From contig DIFI01000017.1 of NCBI GenBank assembly GCA_002419055.1, forward strand, positions 41,160 through 105,159: a stretch of DNA of 64,000 nucleotides. The letters are read 5' to 3'. Within the stretch, counting starts at the first letter, position 1. Each line of letters starts with the position of its first letter. This document shows positions 19,201 to 27,543 of this stretch, in pieces. Both the position numbers and the translations under genes were made by a program. The stretch comes from Peptococcaceae bacterium UBA5752 (GTDB lineage Bacteria; Bacillota; Dehalobacteriia; UBA4068). The notes below the pieces were generated by a model that was not told the origin of the DNA, made no database searches, and worked only from the letters and a program-made list of their open reading frames with translations.

Positions 19201-21049
19201 GCGTCATATCTATATAGTAGCCGGCAGCGACGTAGTAGCTAATGCTACCGCCTATAAAGAGCCGCCACAACCCGATTCTATCCACAGCTTCGACCATATC
19301 ATATTTCCGCGTACGGAGGGCGAAGATATTGCGGCAGTGATTGACATGGCCGCACTATCCCGCATCAAAGGCGAAGTGATAAGCCTATCACTGCCGGTAT
19401 ACTTGGAAAATGTCAGTTCTACCAACATCCGTGAGGATATTGACAATAACAGAGATATTTCCAATCTGGTTGACCCCATGGTACAGGAGTTCATCTACAA
19501 CAACAATCTCTATCTGCGTGAGCCTCAATACAAACAGTTACCGAACGTCCGGCAAGCCGAAGTGGAACGCTGGACTTCGGCAAATCCCGCCGATGTACAA
19601 CGTCTGTTAAATAAACTGTTGCCGGAGCGGGGTGAGGCAAATCGTGCGACAGCCGTTGCTTTAAGTAAAAGAGGAAGCGAATTTTTTCTGCTCAAAGATG
19701 ACAGCCAAGAGGCTAGTCCGGTAGGAATGATATCGCTGCACGAAGTGCAGATTTCGGAATTGATGCCTTTGTTGGGCAATACCCATTTGGCGGATAAAGT
19801 CCGCCAACGACAGGCCGGACGAGTATTGTTGATCACCGGCATATATATGAGCAAAGACAGTTGGGACAACTCTCAGCTTCTCTGCACCGAAGTATTTGGA
19901 TCAGCGCTGCGTAACGGCTGTACCCATGCTATGTTCTATCCAATCGACACCGCAGGAAACTGCAATTATGTCTTAGAGTTGCTGAAACGCCAAGGTTTTG
20001 TGGTTTTAGAGGACAATGACCCGCGGCAGCCGTTATATATTACCGATTTGCGTGCGCCTTTGGTGTTGCTCCGCAATATCGAGACATCTATGAAGGCGCC
20101 TTTTGCCAATTTACCGTCTGTATTGAAGGCGGCACAAGGGGCTCACTGGCGGTTGCAGACTGCCATGGCAGGACTCAAGCCGGGTCATCTGGTATTATCC
20201 GTAGATTCCAATATCATGCAGGAAAAGCTGATCCGCCGCATTACAGAACTTAACGGCGTACCGGCAAAACCCGTAGAGCCTCCGCAGTTTGGCCCCTTGA
20301 TGTGCGTTCCTTTCAGCAAGTTACTGCGGCGCAGTATAGTGCCGAATACAGTGACCAAGACAGTGCATACAGACAAAGTGTTTGAGCCAGATATCAGCAA
20401 ATTTTCTATTGAAGCATATCCCAATTATTTGCCGCTGGAATACCAAATTCGCACTATCAAATCATTTATGCGCCCGGTGATTATGGTGACTGATATGCTG
20501 CAAAGCGGCCACAGGTTAAGAACATTATCTCCGATTTTTAATCAACAGGGTATTGAGATCCACGCCGTATTAGCGGGAATATTATCCGGACGGGGCCGTG
20601 ATGTTGTCTCCACGCAAGGTTATCGTGTCGAATGCATCTATTTTGTTCCCAACCTTCATGGCTGGTGCATCGAGTCCACTCTCTATCCTTTCATCGGCGG
20701 AGATACGGTGCGCAGAAATGAAAGTCCTAAGGCCAATCTGCTACCCGCGGTCAACCTGATACTGCCCTATGCTTCTATTCGCATTTTCAACCAATTTCCG
20801 AGAAAAGCGGTATACGATTATTCGCTTGCATGTATGGAAAATGCCCGCGATATCATGCAGGTGTTGGAACAGGAATACGCCGCCCGCTTCGGACGCAATC
20901 TGACATTGAACCGCCTCTCTGAAGTTATCCACCTGCCGTTGCTGCCTGATAAGGGTAAATATATGCAATATGATTACAATCTTACGGCATCTGTTTATAT
21001 AAAAAATGATATCGAGCTGCTGTTGCGGCTGAGTAATCAGTTTCGATGA
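16211..21049 (+). CDS. giant multidomain protein: HD phosphohydrolase motif + long helical (HEAT/ARM-like) region + HxGH/ISSTxIR nucleotidyltransferase domain (NMN/NaMN adenylyltransferase-like) + type-I phosphoribosyltransferase-like domain
   Basis: HD motif ...NVHRMALYMARQL...ALTHDIGKFG...HIAANH...LIYADFR (nt ~16750-17080); NTase FFPGTFDPFSNSHKGIV ... ENVSSTNIRE (nt ~18940-19440); PRTase-like VIMVTDMLQSGHRLRTL (nt ~20477-20527); strong RBS; single uninterrupted ORF. Confidence 0.85.
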   Translation: MQIASEKKMLALLVQRLNDSTNPYVYSLKRKEVNAFLEQHGWAKKINDLLRMPTSVTWKRVLELSRDTLDYLCEMPDEGWLNFTLHFAIDLMFPKEEFALRRSKFSDGAVFLLTLMQLVYDEEKKAGLIPKSVEFSLLNKSEVEGESTAVEYNRLLKALRQEYVYEMMRLSQELSPYRSLEHIANVHRMALYMARQLKRSGVPVDLCLISGAALTHDIGKFGCQKGERVPYLHYFYTDRWCRQQNIPTIGHIAANHSVWDLELENLSAESLLLIYADFRIKQVTDNGVENTRVFTLKESFQVILEKLDNVDSSKRDRYLKVYDKLSDFEDYLRFLGVDTNMDGKELHPCCREASLMTGEEAVASLKLLGVEHNIALMHHFGNERLFGNILEAARTEKNWKNIRAYLGVFDEYFTYLSISQKVQTLAFLYELLMNREGDIRRQAASLLGNIIARFDISYKKELPAGVAEDDDITSLQMWEKYLEMIIHPSYKLTFQHKSWIGFTLKIVISSFFENCDEADRRPFMERLTKWFSSPDKEELVNFYLLDAINYLPLKFCTDKERSRLLTFAMDAAEGSISLLRASALRTLSYIVAIGYPLEQDEVRRLSALCVPCNDQEENTTLRMLKTQIRSCLSESDETELTAVSSDTISDIFLDNLKMATSWVIKTLNVDLLLSVAEQDPHSPYLLHIAAHFANLLKVSERVVVRHKAGAALLHIAPLLSYDQRNEIAVELLQGLEVGEYEFSKYIPEYLGQFALWLSTEELEELILQLNDLVYSPNTNVVAVAIATIGVLMECLNNRRDNFGETHQMQERRREYLLGILLKGLVGRDAARQESMLIIGQHFFASRKLADDDKRQLFGKCCKKLLSLISEYREGKLEFFYRAAVLNNIYRFISDSQLNHGEFVIEQFDKVAFFPGTFDPFSNSHKGIVEEMLQQGFEVMLAIDEYSWSKKTQPHFIRHQLANMTLADKFHVYVYPGSMPVNIANPQDLAMLRHSLPERHIYIVAGSDVVANATAYKEPPQPDSIHSFDHIIFPRTEGEDIAAVIDMAALSRIKGEVISLSLPVYLENVSSTNIREDIDNNRDISNLVDPMVQEFIYNNNLYLREPQYKQLPNVRQAEVERWTSANPADVQRLLNKLLPERGEANRATAVALSKRGSEFFLLKDDSQEASPVGMISLHEVQISELMPLLGNTHLADKVRQRQAGRVLLITGIYMSKDSWDNSQLLCTEVFGSALRNGCTHAMFYPIDTAGNCNYVLELLKRQGFVVLEDNDPRQPLYITDLRAPLVLLRNIETSMKAPFANLPSVLKAAQGAHWRLQTAMAGLKPGHLVLSVDSNIMQEKLIRRITELNGVPAKPVEPPQFGPLMCVPFSKLLRRSIVPNTVTKTVHTDKVFEPDISKFSIEAYPNYLPLEYQIRTIKSFMRPVIMVTDMLQSGHRLRTLSPIFNQQGIEIHAVLAGILSGRGRDVVSTQGYRVECIYFVPNLHGWCIESTLYPFIGGDTVRRNESPKANLLPAVNLILPYASIRIFNQFPRKAVYDYSLACMENARDIMQVLEQEYAARFGRNLTLNRLSEVIHLPLLPDKGKYMQYDYNLTASVYIKNDIELLLRLSNQFR

Positions 21050-21066
21050 GATTTTAGGAGTTTAAT

Positions 21067-22320
21067 ATGTACTATGCCAAATTAGATGAAAACTATATAT
21101 GTTCTTTAAAAGGCGATTTACCGGGGCAGAAAGTGCATCAATTGCCATCGGATGTATCTCGGACGGTTTTTTTGTTTGAGCGCGATCCGTTAACTTGCCG
21201 TGATGCTTTCGCCGTTACCCACCCTTGCCAATTGTCCGCGCAAACAGAGGATGTGACTTGGCTGGCATCTGAGAGTTTACCGTCGGCGGAAAAACTGCCG
21301 CTACAAGTGACAGAGCTAATCCGTAATGACCAACTGCGTGCAGTCAACAAATCGCATCCCCGCTGGAGAGAATTGCTAAATTGTACTGCTGCGGAGGGGA
21401 AAAAACGGGTCAATATTATCGCAGTAGGCGATGTCGGCGGTACTGTGCTTATTGGTCTGCGTCTATTGGGTGGCGATATACTTTCTTCTATCGGCATCTA
21501 TGACCTGTCGCCCACGACTTTAGACCGCTGGGAATTCGAAGTGGGACAAGTTTACTCTCCCTGGACCGAATATCAGCCTCCGCATGTAGCCATAATAGAT
21601 GAGGAAAACATCTTCGATTGCGATATGCTGGTCTTTTGCGCCACCGGCGGCGTGCCTCCGCTTGCGGAAAAAGGCGATGTACGTTTAGCACAGCTTGCCG
21701 TCAACAGCCGTTTAGTATCACATTATGCCAAACTGGCACGCCAGCGAAGTTTTGGCGGCATCTTTGCGGTTGTCAGCGATCCGGTTGATCTGCTTTGCCG
21801 CATAGCATGGTTGGAAAGTAACCGTAATCATGACGGCCGCTGGGACGGCAAGGGTTTATTCACGGCACAGGTGGAGGGCTACGGTTTAGGAGTTATGTAT
21901 GCGCGGGCAGCTTATTATGCCCGCCGCGACAGCCGCTTTGCTGCTTTTTTGAACGATGGCGCAGCTTATGGGCCTCACGGCTCCGAACTGGTTATTGCCA
22001 ATTCCCTGTCTGATTATGACGATGACCTATCAAGGGAATTGACGCGCCTGGCTGCCGAGGCTAATCTGGAAGCCAGGTCACGGGATTTCAAGCCCTTCAT
22101 TGCGCCTGCTCTTTCCTCCGCTGCTTATCAGATACTCGACACTTTGCGGGGACGCCCTCATCTCGGCGCAACTATGCTGGGTGATATCTTTTTCGGCGCT
22201 GTCAACCGGCGAGGGCCCTCCGGCATAGAGGTTTTTTCTCATCCCCTACCGCAAGAGCTGCTATCCCGTATCCAATATTCTGCTGCTGTTTTGCAAAATT
22301 TGGGAGAACACTATGAATAA
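21067..22320 (+). CDS. lactate/malate dehydrogenase-family (Ldh_1-like) NAD(P)-binding protein with ~100-aa N-terminal extension
   Basis: KRVNIIAVGDVGGTVLIGL (Rossmann GxGxxG), DMLVFCATG, SDPVDLL (cf. LDH TNPVDIL), GYGLGVMYARAAYYAR, GPHGSELV (cf. GEHGDS with catalytic His); TAGGAG RBS, 18-nt gap after upstream gene. Confidence 0.7.
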   Translation: MYYAKLDENYICSLKGDLPGQKVHQLPSDVSRTVFLFERDPLTCRDAFAVTHPCQLSAQTEDVTWLASESLPSAEKLPLQVTELIRNDQLRAVNKSHPRWRELLNCTAAEGKKRVNIIAVGDVGGTVLIGLRLLGGDILSSIGIYDLSPTTLDRWEFEVGQVYSPWTEYQPPHVAIIDEENIFDCDMLVFCATGGVPPLAEKGDVRLAQLAVNSRLVSHYAKLARQRSFGGIFAVVSDPVDLLCRIAWLESNRNHDGRWDGKGLFTAQVEGYGLGVMYARAAYYARRDSRFAAFLNDGAAYGPHGSELVIANSLSDYDDDLSRELTRLAAEANLEARSRDFKPFIAPALSSAAYQILDTLRGRPHLGATMLGDIFFGAVNRRGPSGIEVFSHPLPQELLSRIQYSAAVLQNLGEHYE

Positions 22321-23359
22321 AGATTTAGTTCTTGTGATGCCTCATTGCGGTGAAAAAGAAAAAACACTGCGTATGCGCAGCGTACTCAAATATGCCCTTG
22401 AAGGCCAAAAAATCAGCCGCCGTATTGAGACAGTCAAAGAGCTAGAGGATCTTCAAGGTTGCCGTATTCTGTTTGCGGTCAATCTGGGGGCATCGGGAAT
22501 CAACCTCAGTTTTTATGCGATGCTGAAAAAAATACGCCTGCACAGTCACATGTTCGAAGGTTGTGTCGGTGGAGTGATAGTGGACGGACAAAGTGTGCTT
22601 TATACAAAAGCTGTGGCCCGCGACCTAGTCTTTGCTGCAAATACGGCAGGCTGCGCCTTTATTGGCCGGCCGTTGGTGGAAGGACCGGCATCACTGGCCA
22701 ATTTTCATATTTTGGCGCAAATAAATGATACCGATGAATGGTCGGCTTATCACCGTGAGGCGCGTAGTATGGTCGAACGCATCTGTTCAACCAAGCCGCC
22801 ACGACCGGGACGCGGTGAGGTGCTGGTGCTTCATGCTTCTTCACGCAGTACATCCAACACTTTGATGCTGTGGGAGATGATCCGCTCTCATCTCGGCGAG
22901 CGTCCAATAACCGAAATATGTCTGCGTAACGGCACTGTCAAAGACTGTGTCGGCTGCCCTTATAAAACCTGCCTCCATTTTGGTGAGCAGAACAGTTGTT
23001 TTTACGGCGGAGTTTTAACCGAAAGCGTTTATCCGGCCATTCAGCGTTGTGACAGCCTAGTGATGCTCTGCCCCAATTATAACGACTCGGTATCCGCCAA
23101 TATTTCCGCCGGTATCAACCGGCTGACCGCTTTATTCCGCAATGTCCGTTTTTATGATAAAAAAACCCATGCTGTGATTGTCTCAGGTTATTCCGGCAGC
23201 GATATTGTGGCCGGACAGTTGATCGCGGCGCTTAATATGAATAAAAGTTTCTATCTGCCGCCGCGCTTTTGCATCTGCGAAACCGCCAATAACGTGGGTA
23301 GTATCCTCAAAGTCGAAGGTATAAGTGAGCGCGCCGCGGCGTTTGCTAAAACGATATAA
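22313..23359 (+). CDS. NADPH-dependent FMN reductase/flavodoxin-like fold protein with ~150-aa N-terminal extension
   Basis: C-terminal half VLVLHASSRSTSNTLMLWEMI...CDSLVMLCPNYNDSVSANISAGINRL resembles FMN_red/iron-sulfur flavoprotein family; start overlaps upstream stop by 8 nt. Confidence 0.55.
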   Translation: MNKDLVLVMPHCGEKEKTLRMRSVLKYALEGQKISRRIETVKELEDLQGCRILFAVNLGASGINLSFYAMLKKIRLHSHMFEGCVGGVIVDGQSVLYTKAVARDLVFAANTAGCAFIGRPLVEGPASLANFHILAQINDTDEWSAYHREARSMVERICSTKPPRPGRGEVLVLHASSRSTSNTLMLWEMIRSHLGERPITEICLRNGTVKDCVGCPYKTCLHFGEQNSCFYGGVLTESVYPAIQRCDSLVMLCPNYNDSVSANISAGINRLTALFRNVRFYDKKTHAVIVSGYSGSDIVAGQLIAALNMNKSFYLPPRFCICETANNVGSILKVEGISERAAAFAKTI

Positions 23360-23370
23360 GTATTTATCAA

Positions 23371-23420
23371 AACAAATACGTCGGTTTTGTGATAAGAAAC
23401 CGGCGTATTTGTTATTTTTA
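23371..23420 (+). terminator. rho-independent terminator ending the three-gene operon
   Basis: 17-bp stem aacaaatacgtcggttt/aaaccggcgtatttgtt (one G-U), loop tgtgataag, then ATTTTT. Confidence 0.8.
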
Positions 23421-23518
23421 GAGACATTTACATATATATATTATTCACAAATAATATATATTGTGATATATTTATACATGTTATCACTATAATCATATAA
23501 TTATAGTGGAGGATCTAA

Positions 23519-24310
23519 ATGAGTAAGTCCAATGTTTTTATGATAATGCCTTTCGAAGATGCATTTTTTGAAGCATATGAAATGCTTAAAGAAAGATTTG
23601 CTGATAATTTTGAGTTTTGTCATGCAGGGGACGATGTAAATACACAACAAAACGTTCTTAAGGACATTGTACAAATGATTTGTAATGCAGATGTCATCAT
23701 CGCAGATTTAACAAACCTAAACTCAAATGTCTTTTATGAATTAGGGGGTTGCTCACACTCTTAAAAAAAAAATGTTATTATCATCACACAGAATATAAGT
23801 GAACTACCGTTTGATATTGAATCTTACAGAGCAATAGAATATTCTGTGCATTTTAAGAGATTTGATAATCTAATCAAAGAACTTGAGAGATACTTGAAAG
23901 GTGCAATAGACGGAACGGTAACTTTTGGAAATCCGGTGACAGATTTCTTATCTACTGTTAGCTCCACAATACAAAAAACTTATAAAACAGAAAGCTCTTT
24001 GGACGAGACAATTGGTGAGAAAGTATTCATTGATTTTTTGGTAGATATTGAAGAAAAAACATTATTATTTACAGATACCATTGTTGAAATGACGGCCGAT
24101 CTTAATAATATGACGGATGATATAACTAAAGAAACAGCAGAAATTAATCGTGTCAAACAAAACGGGGGCTCTGGTACCGCATTATTTATGCGTAAAACAG
24201 CAAAAATAGTTGCAGAAAGCATAAGTTTTTTTGCTAAGAAAGTAATAATCATAACTCTAGCTACTTATATTTATGACCGGAAATTGAGAAGAATTGTATT
24301 GGCCTTCTAG
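23519..24310 (+). pseudogene. nucleoside 2-deoxyribosyltransferase/Rcl-like (SLOG-like) domain protein interrupted by one in-frame TAA at 23762-23764
   Basis: ORFs 23519-23764 and 23846-24310 are in the same frame with no other stop between; joined reading gives ...ADVIIADLTNLNSNVFYELGGCSHS*LKKNVIIITQNISELPFDIESYRAIEY..., i.e. the NDT/Rcl motif (FE[IL]G with catalytic Glu, then hydrophobic K-P-V-I strand); stop sits at start of an A10 run. Confidence 0.5.
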
Positions 24311-24592
24311 AGAATAAGTATATCAATGAACCAGAAATAAAACTGAAATAATAACATTTCTTAAATCATTATTCCAAATGAAGCAGACAATAATTACTAC
24401 TTCCGAACAAACAAAAGATATGATAGATAGTTTTTCAGCCTTAAAACGATACAAAGTTATTTAGAGATTGACCTCAATAAGTTTTTACAATTTTCAGCAC
24501 AGATGGTAGCCTCTATTGATAGGATTTTGGATAAGAGTAAATTTGTGGTAGGACAAATAGACTTTTCCGAATAAATAAATATTCTTTGATTA

Positions 24593-24630
24593 AAAAGCCT
24601 TGATATAAATAAAATATCAAGGCTTTTTAT
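24593..24630. terminator. bidirectional rho-independent terminator
   Basis: stem aaagccttgata / tatcaaggcttt with loop, flanked by A-run and T-run; between convergent genes. Confidence 0.7.
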
Positions 24631-24632
24631 AT

Positions 24633-24911
24633 TTAACCTCCCGCAACGACCGGGAATATGGCAACTAAATCATTTGCGGCAAGTTTGGTATGGATTCCGT
24701 TAAGATGTTGGACATGCCGTCCGTTGACAAGGATGATGATTTCGGAGTTCAAATCCGTTTGCTCTTCGTCAAACACCGCATCCCTAAATTTATTACCGTA
24801 CTTTTTGGACAGTTGCCGTAACAAATCGGCGAGATCATCAACCGATTCATTCCAGCTTGTCCGTTTTTCGCCGGTATAATCGCGGATATAAGCAAAATAT
24901 TTGATCTCCAT
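24633..24911 (-). CDS. MoaD/ThiS-family sulfur-carrier (ubiquitin-like) protein
   Basis: 92 aa ending in ...FPVVAGG (C-terminal Gly-Gly), AAGGGGTG RBS; last gene of the AOR operon. Confidence 0.7.
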   Translation of the reverse strand: MEIKYFAYIRDYTGEKRTSWNESVDDLADLLRQLSKKYGNKFRDAVFDEEQTDLNSEIIILVNGRHVQHLNGIHTKLAANDLVAIFPVVAGG

Positions 24912-24950
24912 ACTCTCACCCCTTAAAGTAATATCTTAACACATCATACC

Positions 24951-25730
24951 TTATTTATCAGAATCAAGATACTCATCCAAATGCAAGCCGTCTTTGAGCC
25001 TTGTCGCTGCCCGCTTGGTCTTACAATAATTACAAAGCTGTAACTCCTCGATATTACCTACCGTTTCGCCCAATTTTTTGCGAACATGCTCCAACGACTC
25101 CGGCGTTGTGAAATACTCACCGCAATCCCGGCAGCGCAATAACTCAAACGTCTTTTCCCAAATGGTGCGGTTTCCTTCTGCTTCGGTCATCTCGATTGCC
25201 TGCGTAGGACATATAATGGCGCACGAGCCGCAGCCAATGCAATCCGCCGCCGGTTCGTTAAAGGCCGTACCGATCTTCTTTTTTGTCCCCCGGTTGAGCG
25301 TAGAAATCGCATTAGTGCCTAATTCCTCGCAAGCTTTGACGCACAAACCGCAAAGGATGCATTTACTGTCCGGATCGGCTTCTAAACGGTCGAACGGTTC
25401 GACATGATAGCGTGCAAGCAACCCTTTGATTCTCGCACTGTCCGGCGCAATTAAATTATACAATGCCAGCAATATCTTGCGTCTGGCCGCAATCATTTCA
25501 CTGTTAGTGAATACTTCCATGCCGTCGGCTACAGGATAAGTGCAGGAGGCCACATATTGAGTTCTCCCGTTTTCATGTACTTCGACCATACATAAACGGC
25601 ATGATGCCAAACCAGGCAGCGCCTCTGAATGGCATAAAGTAGGTATCTCAATGCCGTTGCGCCGTGCCACATCCAGGATTTTTTCGCCGGGATTGGCCGC
25701 ATACGTTTTCCCATTTATGATTATTTGCAT
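24951..25730 (-). CDS. 2Fe-2S ferredoxin-type + 4Fe-4S cluster protein (NuoG/HydC N-terminal-like electron-transfer subunit)
   Basis: Start at internal ATG (MQIIINGKTY...) with AAAGGAGG RBS; CHSEALPGLASCRLCMVEV (2Fe-2S), CILCGLCVKAC and CIGCGSCAIICP (4Fe-4S). Confidence 0.7.
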   Translation of the reverse strand: MQIIINGKTYAANPGEKILDVARRNGIEIPTLCHSEALPGLASCRLCMVEVHENGRTQYVASCTYPVADGMEVFTNSEMIAARRKILLALYNLIAPDSARIKGLLARYHVEPFDRLEADPDSKCILCGLCVKACEELGTNAISTLNRGTKKKIGTAFNEPAADCIGCGSCAIICPTQAIEMTEAEGNRTIWEKTFELLRCRDCGEYFTTPESLEHVRKKLGETVGNIEELQLCNYCKTKRAATRLKDGLHLDEYLDSDK

Positions 25731-25746
25731 CTTATCTCGCCTCCTT

Positions 25747-27543
25747 TTAATGCACTCGGATTGCATCCACCGCACAGCGTTCACGGCAACTGTTGCAATT
25801 GATACATTTTGCTTCATCCAAAACATGAGGCTGCTTTTTCTCGCCGCTAATGGCCGCCGTCGGACATGATTTTGCACACAAGCCGCAGCCGATACAAGCT
25901 TCTTGATCAATGTAAAGCTTTGTCAAGTTCTTACAAACTCCGGCCGGACAACGTTTATCTTTGATGTGAGCTTCAAATTCATCGCGGAAATTTTTAATAT
26001 TAGAAAGTACAGGATTTGGCGCTGTTTTTCCAAGGCCGCACAACGAATTAGCCTTGACCATTGACCCGATTTCTTCCAATAATTCGATATCCCCTTCTTG
26101 CCCCTTTCCTTCGCAAATATCGTTGAGGATCTTCAGCATACTTTTGATACCTTCACGGCAAGGCACGCATTTTCCGCATGATTCTTCGGACAAAAATTTC
26201 AGGTAATAGCGGGCAAATTCTACCATACAGGTGCGGTCGTCAATGACGATCATGCCGCCGGAACCCATCATTGATCCTTCCGCGATCAGCGAATCATAGT
26301 CGATTGGCAAATCAAGTTTGCTTTCCGGAATACAGCCTCCGGAAGGACCGCCCGTTTGTACCGCTTTAAACTTACGTTTTTTCTCGATGCCGCCGCCGAT
26401 GTCAAATATGATCTCCCGCAATTTGATACCCATCGGTACTTCCACCAAGCCGGTATTATTGATTTTGCCGACCAAAGCGAAAACTTTGGTTCCTTTACTC
26501 TTTTCACTGCCGATTGAGGCAAACCAATCAGCGCCTTTACTGATGATCACCGGCACATTCGCCCAGGTTTCCACATTATTGATGATTGTCGGCTTGCCCC
26601 ATAAGCCTTGGTTTGCCGGAAACGGCGGTTTGGACGTCGGTTCACCGGTTGAGCCTTCGATTGAATGAATTAAGGATGTTTCCTCGCCGCAGACAAATGC
26701 GCCGCCACCGCGTACCACTTCAGCGTCAAACGCAAACCCGCTGCCAAAAATATTTTGACCCATAACTCCTCTTGCATGTGCATCGGCAATCGCCTTTTTC
26801 ATGTTTTCCACGGCCAGGCCATATTCATCACGGATATACAGGAATGCACGATTAGCGCCGATTGCATAACCGCATATAGCCATACCTTCCAATACAGTAT
26901 GCGGGTCTCCTTCCATTATCGAACGGTCCATAAATGCACCCGGGTCGCCTTCGTCGCCGTTGCAGATAACATATTTGATGTCTCCTTGAGCTTTGGCAGC
27001 AAACGACCATTTTAAACCGGTCAGAAAACCGCCGCCGCCTCTACCGCGCAAGCTGGATTTTCTTATTTCATCTATTACCTCTTGCGGAGTCATCGTCTTT
27101 AACACTTTTTCCAGTGCTTGATAACCGCCTTTGGCAATGTAATCATCAATGCTGTCATTTGCTATACATCCACAATGACGCAAAGCAATCCTAAATTGTT
27201 TCTTTTCGAACGACCAATCATTCTTGGATTGGATCTTTGCATTTTGTTGTTTATCAAAATACAGCAGTCTGTCGATTACTTCGTCTTTAATAATGCTTCG
27301 TTCAATGATCTCCTGAACATCTGTGGTTTTAACATGAATATATGTAATTTCTTGCGGCGTAATATGAACCAACGGGCCTTTTTGGCAAAGGCCATGGCAA
27401 CCTGTTTTTTTGATATCGGCAACAACTTCAACATCCAAATCCAGTTTAGATATTATTTTTTGCATAGTTTGGTATATTTTCATACTGCCACTTGCCTGGC
27501 ATCCGGTGCCGCAGCAAACAAATATCGTTTTTTTATTTTGCAT
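25747..27543 (-). CDS. NuoF/HydB-like NAD(H)-binding FMN + Fe-S subunit (51-kDa family) with N-terminal thioredoxin-like and C-terminal 2x[4Fe-4S] domains
   Basis: GGGGFLTGLKWSF, ICNGDEGDPGAFMDRSIMEGDPH (FMN/NADH site), ESCGKCVPCREG (N3 cluster), C-terminal CIGCGLCAKSCP...CINCNSCRERC. Confidence 0.9.
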   Translation of the reverse strand: MQNKKTIFVCCGTGCQASGSMKIYQTMQKIISKLDLDVEVVADIKKTGCHGLCQKGPLVHITPQEITYIHVKTTDVQEIIERSIIKDEVIDRLLYFDKQQNAKIQSKNDWSFEKKQFRIALRHCGCIANDSIDDYIAKGGYQALEKVLKTMTPQEVIDEIRKSSLRGRGGGGFLTGLKWSFAAKAQGDIKYVICNGDEGDPGAFMDRSIMEGDPHTVLEGMAICGYAIGANRAFLYIRDEYGLAVENMKKAIADAHARGVMGQNIFGSGFAFDAEVVRGGGAFVCGEETSLIHSIEGSTGEPTSKPPFPANQGLWGKPTIINNVETWANVPVIISKGADWFASIGSEKSKGTKVFALVGKINNTGLVEVPMGIKLREIIFDIGGGIEKKRKFKAVQTGGPSGGCIPESKLDLPIDYDSLIAEGSMMGSGGMIVIDDRTCMVEFARYYLKFLSEESCGKCVPCREGIKSMLKILNDICEGKGQEGDIELLEEIGSMVKANSLCGLGKTAPNPVLSNIKNFRDEFEAHIKDKRCPAGVCKNLTKLYIDQEACIGCGLCAKSCPTAAISGEKKQPHVLDEAKCINCNSCRERCAVDAIRVH

